Shown here: in pieces, positions 25,892 to 35,313 of the stretch
How positions within the stretch are numbered: position 1 is the stretch's first letter
How the letters are laid out: each line of letters begins with the position of its first letter
Assembly: GCA_021463845.1 (NCBI GenBank)
Contig: JAJTXV010000006.1
Span: 49,089-113,088, forward strand
Reading direction: 5' to 3'
DNA from: Anaerolineales bacterium
Lineage (GTDB): Bacteria; Chloroflexota; Anaerolineae; Anaerolineales; UBA11579
Length of the DNA: 64,000 bases
Program-made: the position numbers and the translations under genes
The notes under the pieces: generated by a model
Database searches by the model: none
Told to the model about the DNA's origin: nothing
Seen by the model: the letters and a program-made list of their open reading frames with translations, nothing else

Positions 25892-25897
25892 CACCGC

Positions 25898-26716
25898 ATG
25901 CCCAAAAAGCCCTCCACGCCACCCATCGTCGAAAGTCTGCAGGAACAGGTAGAGGTCCTGCAGGAGCAGATCAAGCCGGATCCCAGGGCGCACAAGCGCC
26001 CGCTGCCCTACCGCATCGGCATCTTCGTAGCCTGCCTGGCCGGCTTGCTATTCCTGCTCAGCTTTGCGCCCGCCGAGCAGCGCGAGGTGCTGTGGCGGGC
26101 GCTGACCCTGCGCCGCAGCCTGATCGTGCCGATGCTGATCCTCGGCCTGCTGGCGCTCTCACTGTTGTGGGCCCGCGGCCAGGAGATCGATAACCGCGCC
26201 TTCCTGTTCTTCAATCTGCGCGGGCGCCGGCCGCGCTGGCTGGATATTGCCCTGGGCACCTTCAGCCAGCTGGGCAACGGCGCGCTGGCCATCGGCCTCT
26301 CGCTGTATCTGTTCAACCGCAACCAGGACCTCTCGATCCAGCTGGCCCTGGGCGTCTTGAGCATCTCCATCATGGTGGAGCTGCTCAAGACGGTGACGGA
26401 CCGGGCGCGCCCGTTCATCGCCAATCCCAAGGCCCGCGTGGTCGGCTGGCGCGAGCCGGGGCGCTCCTTCCCCAGCGGGCACACCTCGCAGATCTTCTTT
26501 CTGGTCACGCTGCTGTATCACCACTTCCAACCTGGGCTGGTGGTGGGGGTGCTACTGTTCGCCGTGGCGGCCTTGGTAGGCTTCACGCGTATGTACGTAG
26601 GCGCCCACTACCCGCGGGATGTGCTGGGCGGCGCGCTGCTGGGCGTGATGTGGGGCACGCTGGCCAATCTCATAGACCCATACTGGGTGCCGCTGTTCAT
26701 CGTAGGCACGCCATAA
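25898..26716 (+). CDS. PAP2-family membrane phosphatase
   Basis: 272 aa; KTVTDRARP...SFPSGHTS...YVGAHYPRDVLGG tripartite PAP2 motif. Confidence 0.8.
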   Translation: MPKKPSTPPIVESLQEQVEVLQEQIKPDPRAHKRPLPYRIGIFVACLAGLLFLLSFAPAEQREVLWRALTLRRSLIVPMLILGLLALSLLWARGQEIDNRAFLFFNLRGRRPRWLDIALGTFSQLGNGALAIGLSLYLFNRNQDLSIQLALGVLSISIMVELLKTVTDRARPFIANPKARVVGWREPGRSFPSGHTSQIFFLVTLLYHHFQPGLVVGVLLFAVAALVGFTRMYVGAHYPRDVLGGALLGVMWGTLANLIDPYWVPLFIVGTP

Positions 26717-26767
26717 ACCTGTCGAGATGATAAAAAGCATTGATCAATAAAGAAGCAAGGGTTTGAA

Positions 26768-26797
26768 TTTATCCGCGTCAATCTGCGTTTATCTGCG
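26768..26797 (+). repeat. three tandem 10-bp units tttatccgcg/tcaatctgcg/tttatctgcg
   Basis: Exact 10-bp period, 40 nt upstream of the metG ATG. The same unit is repeated at 32161-32200. Confidence 0.8.
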
Positions 26798-26836
26798 GCT
26801 AAATACTTTTTTCGGGCGATGTATACTCAGCTTCCA

Positions 26837-28630
26837 ATGACGAAGCACATCCTGGTGGCCGTTGCCTGGCCATACGCCAACGCTGAAATCCATGTCGGCA
26901 ACCTGACCGGCTCGTATTTGCCCGCCGATATCTTCGCCCGCTATCACCGCCTGAAAGGCAACCACGTGCTGATGGTGTCTGGCTCGGATGCGCACGGCAC
27001 CCCCATCACGGTCAAATCAGACGCCGAGGGCGTGACCCCTGAGGCCGTCTATCACCGCTACCACGCCGGCTTCATTGAACTGTTCCAGAAACTGGGCTTG
27101 CAGTACGACCTGTTCACCAGCACGCATACCCAGAACCACTTCAAGGTTTCGCAGGCCATGTTCACCGCACTCAAGACGCGCGGCTACCTGTACACCGAGG
27201 AGCAGCAGCAATGGTTCTCGGCCAGCCTGGGCAAGTTCCTGCCTGACCGCTACGTCGAGGGCACCTGCTACATCTGCGGCTTCGAAGGCGCCCGCGGCGA
27301 CCAATGCGACAACTGCGGCAACGTGCTCGACTCGACCCAGCTGATCGATCCGCGTGCCAAGGAAGATGGCTCCACCCCGGAGCTGCGCACCACCACACAC
27401 TACTTCCTCGACCTGGGCCAGCTGGAGCAGCAAGTCGTCAGCTTCCTTGAGGAGCGCCAGGGCTACTGGCGCCCCAACGTCGTCAACCGCTCACTGGGCT
27501 GGATCCGCAAAGAGCGTCTGCGCGGCCGCCCCATCACGCGCGATCTCGACTGGGGCATCCCGGTGCCGGAAGCCGGCTGGGAAGACAAGCGCCTGTACGT
27601 GTGGTTCGAGGCGGTGATCGGCTACCTCTCGGCCGCCATCGAGTGGGCCGCGCTGAGCGGCCAGCCGGGGGCTTGGCACCAGTGGTGGACCAACCCTGAA
27701 GCGCGCGCCTATTACTTCCTGGGCAAGGACAACATTGATTTCCACGCCATCATGTGGCCGGCCGAGCTCATCGGCGTGGGCGAAGAGTTCGCCCGCGTCT
27801 TTGAAAACACTCCAGGCAGGATATTGACCTTGCCCTACGATGTGCCGGCCAACGAATTCATGAACATGGAGAACCGCAAGATCTCCGGCAGCCGCAACTG
27901 GGGCGTGTGGGGCTTGGATTTCCTCAGCCGTTACGACGCCGACCCGCTGCGCTATTACCTGACCGTCAACATGCCCGAGACCAGCGACTCGAACTGGGAT
28001 TGGGATGATTTTGTGCGCCGCAACAACAATGAGCTGGTGGCCACCTGGGGCAACCTGGCCAACCGCGTGCTCTCGTTCGCGGCCAAACACTGGGACGGCC
28101 GCGTGCCGCAGCCCGGCCCCTTGCGCCCGGCTGACGAAGCGCTGCTGGCTATCGTCGAAGACGGATTCGATAGCGTGGGCCAACTGATCGAGAGCGTGAA
28201 GCTGCGCGCCGCCCTGGCGGAGGCCATGCGCCTGGCGGCAGAAGTCAACCGTTACCTGGACGAGCAGGCGCCCTGGGCGCAGGTCAAGACCGACAAGGAC
28301 GCGGCGGGCATCACCATCTACACCGCCCTGCGCGCCATTGATAACCTCAAGCTGCTGCTGGCGCCCTTCCTGCCGCACAGCGCCGAGGCGCTGCACAGCA
28401 TGTTGGGCTACCACGCCCCGCTGTTCGGCGAACAGTACACGGAAGCCATCGCCGACAATCTGGGCGAGCACCAGGCGCTGCGTTACCGCGCCGCGGCCGT
28501 GCCCGGCCACTGGCGCCCCAGCACGCTGGAGGGCGGCCGCGTGCTGCGCCAGCCCGGCCCGCTCTACAAGAAGCTGGAACCCGAGATCGCTGACCAGGAA
28601 CGTGCCCGCTTGGGCGGAGGCAACGGATAG
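26837..28630 (+). CDS. metG: methionine--tRNA ligase
   Basis: WPYANAEIHVGNL (HIGH), zinc knuckles CYICG...CDNCG, KISGSRNWG (KMSKS-like). ATG at 26837 preferred over 26819. Confidence 0.95.
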   Translation: MTKHILVAVAWPYANAEIHVGNLTGSYLPADIFARYHRLKGNHVLMVSGSDAHGTPITVKSDAEGVTPEAVYHRYHAGFIELFQKLGLQYDLFTSTHTQNHFKVSQAMFTALKTRGYLYTEEQQQWFSASLGKFLPDRYVEGTCYICGFEGARGDQCDNCGNVLDSTQLIDPRAKEDGSTPELRTTTHYFLDLGQLEQQVVSFLEERQGYWRPNVVNRSLGWIRKERLRGRPITRDLDWGIPVPEAGWEDKRLYVWFEAVIGYLSAAIEWAALSGQPGAWHQWWTNPEARAYYFLGKDNIDFHAIMWPAELIGVGEEFARVFENTPGRILTLPYDVPANEFMNMENRKISGSRNWGVWGLDFLSRYDADPLRYYLTVNMPETSDSNWDWDDFVRRNNNELVATWGNLANRVLSFAAKHWDGRVPQPGPLRPADEALLAIVEDGFDSVGQLIESVKLRAALAEAMRLAAEVNRYLDEQAPWAQVKTDKDAAGITIYTALRAIDNLKLLLAPFLPHSAEALHSMLGYHAPLFGEQYTEAIADNLGEHQALRYRAAAVPGHWRPSTLEGGRVLRQPGPLYKKLEPEIADQERARLGGGNG

Positions 28631-28632
28631 CC

Positions 28633-29958
28633 ATGCGCAAACAGGGGGCCCGCAAAATCGCAGCAACCAAACGCAGCCCGGTTAAACGCGCCGGCCGGCG
28701 CAAGGCTGCGGCTCCACAGGCGGCCCCAGCCTTGCGGCCGCGTATCACCCCAGCCGTGATCGCGCTGGGCGTGGTCCTGCTGGCGCTGCTGTTTTATCTC
28801 AACACGTATGTGGGTCACACCGCTGGCCAGCCGCACATCAACGACTATATGTTGGTGCACATCGCCGGCAGTGCGCTGCGCAACGGGCTGGATATGTACG
28901 ACCCGGCCCAGTGGGACGCAGCCCATCGCCTCTTCGGCAATGGCTACACCGATAACGCCATCTTCATTTATCCGCCGCCGATGGCGCTGATCTTTGCGCC
29001 GTTCTCGCTGCTGCCGCCCGCGGCCGGTGAAGTGGTCTGGCTGTTTTTCTGCCAGCTGCTGCTGGCCGTTTCGGCCTATTGGCTGCTGCGCGGCGTTGAC
29101 CTGAGCCAGCCGCGCCGCTTTGCCCTGGTGGTTGCCTGCATTGTGTTCTTTTTGCCAACCATCAATGCCTGGTGGGCGCGCCAGCACTCGTTCCTGCTGT
29201 TGTTCTTCCTGGCCGCCGCGTATATGCTGCTGATGCGGCGCAAAGACTGGGCGGCAGGCGCGTTTTTGGCGCTGGCCGCCCTGCGCCCCAGCCCGGTGCT
29301 GTTCCTGGCCTGGGCCATCATGGGCTGGGCGCTGGCCCACCGCCGCTGGCGGGTGTGGATCAGCACCGCCGCCAGCGCCGTAGCGCTGTACTTCATCGGC
29401 GTGCTCGTGCGCCCGGGCTGGCTGCAAGTGTGGATAGAGCACACGGTGGGCAGCGACGGCAAGCTGGACGCCTACCAGGCCTATGTGCCCACGCTGTGGG
29501 GTCTACTGGCTGATCTTGGCGCGCCGACCTGGTCGCTTATAGGCGGCGTGGTGTCAGTGGGCCTGGCCATCTTCTCGATCTGGTGGATGCGCCGCTACAA
29601 GCACACCAACTTCACATCGGTGGTGCTGCTGTTCGTGCCGCTCTCGTTGTTTCTCTCGCCCTACTCCTGGAACTATGACTTTATCCTGCTGCTGATCCCC
29701 CTGCTGCTTATCGTGCGGCATGCCGAGCACTCGGCGCCCGAGTTGCGCCGGCGCCTGTGGCCCTGGCTGCTGGCGGTGACTCTGGCCCTGCCCTACGCGC
29801 TACGCGTAGTGGCCATGCTGCGCGGGCGCGATACGCTGAGCGCGCTGCTGCCGCTGGCGGTGTGGGCGTTGGGCCTGTGGGTGGTGAGCACACCCTACGC
29901 GCGTGACCCGCGTGGCACGCTGCCGCCCGGCGGCGTGGAGCGCAGGCGGCGGGGGTAA
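28633..29958 (+). CDS. polytopic membrane protein, GT87/DUF2029-like glycosyltransferase
   Basis: 441 aa; basic N-tail, about 10 TM segments, first-loop pattern DYMLVHIAGSALRNGLDMYD...IFIYPPPMALIFAPF. Starts 2 nt after the metG stop. Confidence 0.55.
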   Translation: MRKQGARKIAATKRSPVKRAGRRKAAAPQAAPALRPRITPAVIALGVVLLALLFYLNTYVGHTAGQPHINDYMLVHIAGSALRNGLDMYDPAQWDAAHRLFGNGYTDNAIFIYPPPMALIFAPFSLLPPAAGEVVWLFFCQLLLAVSAYWLLRGVDLSQPRRFALVVACIVFFLPTINAWWARQHSFLLLFFLAAAYMLLMRRKDWAAGAFLALAALRPSPVLFLAWAIMGWALAHRRWRVWISTAASAVALYFIGVLVRPGWLQVWIEHTVGSDGKLDAYQAYVPTLWGLLADLGAPTWSLIGGVVSVGLAIFSIWWMRRYKHTNFTSVVLLFVPLSLFLSPYSWNYDFILLLIPLLLIVRHAEHSAPELRRRLWPWLLAVTLALPYALRVVAMLRGRDTLSALLPLAVWALGLWVVSTPYARDPRGTLPPGGVERRRRG

Positions 29959-29997
29959 GACAAAAGCTTAACTTAATTATTTATCAAGAACTCAGTT

Positions 29998-31698
29998 CTA
30001 CAACTGGAACTCTTCGTGAGCAAGAAGTACTTCTAGTGTTTTCCATGATACAGGACATAATGTTCTTAGTCTCTCGTCAGTAACGCCCTGTTGCCATTCT
30101 GAAAAAGCTGTCTCATACCCATTTAGCCAGTCAGAGATTCTTTTATATTCATAGTTCTCAGCTAAATTGTCTTTCATTAGCATTTCTTGCAAGAATTTCA
30201 ACCTCGGTTTGCGCAAATGGATATCTGTATCAAACACATGAATCGCCTCGGGTGGAATGATTGGCATCACTTTGCCGCCCTGAGCATCTTTCGAGTCAGA
30301 CAGAACGCCGAGTCCGCGATTCTGTCTGTACACATTCTTCAGAAAATCCATATCTACCAGAACCGCCGGTTGCCTCAGCAGGAAATTTTTAGCCAAGTCA
30401 TATTCACCGTCAAGTATTACTTCGTTTTCTTGCAAGTCAAACTTGCATATCCAAATAACCTCTATTCCTCTTTCCTGTGGATTGACTGAATAGATTACAT
30501 TCGATGTTTCTACTGGGTGTTTAGCCGCCTTAGATTTAACTGAGACCATGAACTGCGTCGCCACCGACGATATTCTCCTACTATCTTCATTACTTTCCTG
30601 TATTTTCAAGTTGTCATGAAGATTACGAAGTTGATTGTGAACAGTCGCAAATTCAAGGGGCTCAAGTCGTCTAGCGCTAGTCACACCAGTATTATCGGGA
30701 ACGGCAAACCTTCGCGCCTTTACTGTGCGATCCACACTAGGCTTCGCGGAAAGAAGAACTGTTTCCTCTGGAAATTCACGAGTTATTAGGCTAAATATAT
30801 TGGTATGCTCTTCTGAATCTTCTGATGCCCCATTAGAAAGATTCAACCCAACGGGTCCAATATCACGAAAGAAAAACTGAACCCAATTCTTTCCCTTCCA
30901 CCTGACAATTGATAGATACCCACCAGACGCCCAACGGAACGGCGTTATTGGTAAGCCAGAATAATCCCAGACTATGGGTGCAGCACCCTGATTTGGGGAC
31001 AACATGTATTCATGAAATTCTTTTTCCCTTTTGCGAACTTCGTCCGAAAGAGAAGCCGCCTCGTACTTGTCCTTTAAAAACTCCTTCCCCCCACGACTAT
31101 ATATCCCATATGCTTCGGCGCTAATATCAATCTCAAGCAAACAGTTTTTGCCACTTTCGTCTTTCACTTGTTTGATTTTTGTGCCATCAAAAATTGTCAC
31201 CACAGAATAATTCTTATCAGGCCAGAAATCCTCTCTATCTAAATCTGAGGCGAAAACAAAAGCCGGAAGACCCGTGCCATCCGAGTATTTCTTATTCCTA
31301 GACTCAGAAATTAGAGGCCACATCTTTATGGTTCTTGAGGCAATAAAGCCCTGCGCCTCCAGTAACTTGCCCAATTTGCTCGGAAAAAATTTATACACAC
31401 ATAAATCAACAAACCAGTATTTAAATTTCAGAAGTGCATTTAGCTTGTATTCGATTGCTAAAACAAGTACAAATAGAAATCCAACTAATACGGCAACAAG
31501 CAATCCGATTAAAGAAAGCAAAAAGACTATAGTTATTGCTTCTTTAAAGCTGCGTCCCTCAAAAAGAATGTACTGAAGAAGCTCTCGCCCTTCCCCTTTC
31601 ACCAAAATAGTAAAAAGATACACTAAAAACGCCCCAACCCCGGTTTGTAATTGAATTCTGCGATAACCTTTAAGCGCCTTTTTTAGTAGCCCACTCAT
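29998..31698 (-). CDS. foreign-composition 566-aa protein: N-terminal 2-TM module plus a large soluble region with a Nudix-box-like motif (unknown function)
   Basis: The only long ORF in the low-GC island, with AT-rich codon usage. TM helices at about residues 19-33 and 55-82. Motif GASEDSEEHTNIFSLITREFPEETVLL at residues 290-316. TATAAT lies 6 nt upstream of the ATG, with no SD. Confidence 0.6.
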   Translation of the reverse strand: MSGLLKKALKGYRRIQLQTGVGAFLVYLFTILVKGEGRELLQYILFEGRSFKEAITIVFLLSLIGLLVAVLVGFLFVLVLAIEYKLNALLKFKYWFVDLCVYKFFPSKLGKLLEAQGFIASRTIKMWPLISESRNKKYSDGTGLPAFVFASDLDREDFWPDKNYSVVTIFDGTKIKQVKDESGKNCLLEIDISAEAYGIYSRGGKEFLKDKYEAASLSDEVRKREKEFHEYMLSPNQGAAPIVWDYSGLPITPFRWASGGYLSIVRWKGKNWVQFFFRDIGPVGLNLSNGASEDSEEHTNIFSLITREFPEETVLLSAKPSVDRTVKARRFAVPDNTGVTSARRLEPLEFATVHNQLRNLHDNLKIQESNEDSRRISSVATQFMVSVKSKAAKHPVETSNVIYSVNPQERGIEVIWICKFDLQENEVILDGEYDLAKNFLLRQPAVLVDMDFLKNVYRQNRGLGVLSDSKDAQGGKVMPIIPPEAIHVFDTDIHLRKPRLKFLQEMLMKDNLAENYEYKRISDWLNGYETAFSEWQQGVTDERLRTLCPVSWKTLEVLLAHEEFQL

Positions 31699-31756
31699 AC
31701 AAGAATTATAAACAGACTGTCAAGCTAACTACCTTTACTTGTTTCACCTAATTTTC

Positions 31757-32125
31757 TTACTCCGTCGCCTTCAGCCACGCCTTGACCAGCTTCACGAACT
31801 TGGCTTCGCTGGCTTGTGCATCTATCAGGCTGGCGAAGGTGACAGTGCCGCGCTCGTTGTTAATCCATTCCACCATGCCTGAGGGGTCATTGAACACGAA
31901 GGCGGCATCGCCCTCGGCTTTGGCGCCGCGGTGGAAGATGAGCATGACTCCCTTGCGCAAGTTAAACGTGATGCGGTCTTCGCTGCCGTAGCCGAAGCTG
32001 GGCGCATTCCACTTGATGCGCTCGGCCAGCTTTGGGTCAGCGCTCAATATCATGGCGCGCACCGCCGCCACCAGTTCTCGCTGCTGCTTGGGGAGTTTGT
32101 TGATAAACGCGTCTACCTGGCTCAT
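31757..32125 (-). CDS. DUF1801 (YdhG-like) domain protein
   Basis: 122 aa; VDAFINKLPKQQRELVAAVRAMILSADPKLAERIKWNAPSFGY pattern. Confidence 0.75.
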   Translation of the reverse strand: MSQVDAFINKLPKQQRELVAAVRAMILSADPKLAERIKWNAPSFGYGSEDRITFNLRKGVMLIFHRGAKAEGDAAFVFNDPSGMVEWINNERGTVTFASLIDAQASEAKFVKLVKAWLKATE

Positions 32126-32139
32126 GGATACGAAACCTA

Positions 32140-32200
32140 CAGATGAATGCAGATGTTAGAACTATCTGCGTTCATCTGCATTTATCTGTGTTCATCTGTG
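32140..32200. repeat. 10-bp-periodic ATCTG repeat array with an inverted partner
   Basis: Four direct units actatctgcg/ttcatctgca/tttatctgtg/ttcatctgtg (32161-32200). The inverted copy cagatgaatgcagat (32140-32154) pairs with 32164-32178 at 14 of 15 positions. Confidence 0.8.
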
Positions 32201-32218
32201 GTGAGGTTTAAACCCAGA

Positions 32219-34660
<2,442 letters not shown>

Positions 34661-34663
34661 TCA

Positions 34664-34950
34664 GTCTCCTCGTTTGCGCGCTTAAAAACAAAAACTCTCG
34701 TCACTCGATGCTATTGCATCGGGACGAGAGCAAACTCCCGTGGTACCACCCGCATTGCCAACGCAGTTTGCTGCGCATGGCCGCTCTTTGACGCTGTATC
34801 GGGCGTGCCCGTTGCCGTGCCGGTGAAGGCCCGCAGGCGAGTTCAGCTTGCTTTTGCGCGTGCCGGGCTTACACCACTGCACCCAGCTCTCTGTGAGCGT
34901 AAAGCGAAACCTACTACTCCTGCTCGGCGCAACCGTTCACTGCCGGTTGC
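34664..34950 (-). promoter_or_regulatory. T-box riboswitch leader (Leu specifier) with terminator
   Basis: Read on the minus strand. Stem I elements: gagcaggAGTAgta, cAGAGAgc, cuGGGTGCAgtgg. Specifier-loop-like aagCTGa (CTG = plus-strand 34844-34846). T-box sequence caatgcGGGTGGTACCACGGgag (34739-34756). Terminator ctctcgtc...gacgagag plus tttttgttttt (34684-34730). Confidence 0.8.
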
Positions 34951-34969
34951 TATTCACTTGTGCTGCTAG

Positions 34970-35042
34970 TGGACCCAGAGGGATTCGAACCCTCGACCTC
35001 CTCAATGCCATTGAGGCGCGCTCCCAGCTGCGCCATGGGCCC
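34970..35042 (-). tRNA. tRNA-Ala (anticodon GGC)
   Basis: 73 nt by hand folding: GGGCCCA acceptor with G3:U70, D-arm GCGCAGCTGGGAGCGC, anticodon loop AT-GGC-AT, T-arm GAGGGTTCGAATCCCTC. CCA not encoded. Confidence 0.9.
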
Positions 35043-35123
35043 AAAATTCAGTTTGTTACGAGGCGCTCGCCAGAGCGCCGTGGTAACCTGTCTTATAAAC
35101 GTGCCAGTGCCATTATCGCACAG

Positions 35124-35196
35124 TGGACCTGGAGGGATTCGAACCCTCGACCTCATCAGTGCGATTGATGCGCGCTCCCAACTGCGCTACAGGCCC
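35124..35196 (-). tRNA. tRNA-Ala (anticodon CGC)
   Basis: 73 nt: GGGCCTG acceptor with G3:U70, anticodon loop AT-CGC-AC, T-arm GAGGGTTCGAATCCCTC. CCA not encoded. Confidence 0.9.
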
Positions 35197-35211
35197 TAGT
35201 TACAGAGGCAG

Positions 35212-35240
35212 GATTGTACTTTGCCGAACGGGCGCTGTCA
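35212..35240 (-). promoter_or_regulatory. sigma-70-type promoter for the tRNA-Ala pair
   Basis: Minus strand: TTGACA (35235-35240), 17 nt, TACAAT (35212-35217), ending 15 nt upstream of the tRNA 5' end. Confidence 0.65.
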
Positions 35241-35313
35241 AGAATTCAAAGAGCAGCAAAGGGTTTATACTTAATTCTTACCCTTTCCAACCACCCCGAA
35301 AGACCTAAAACCT

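Noticed and set aside
27491-28666. 391-aa minus-strand ORF
   Set aside because: Antisense to metG, with the same compositional artefact and no recognisable motifs.
34970-35196. tRNA-Ala genes as a possible integration site for the low-GC island
   Set aside because: The island is ~3.2 kb away with native-composition genes (DUF1801, leuS) in between. No integrase or tRNA-fragment direct repeat was seen.
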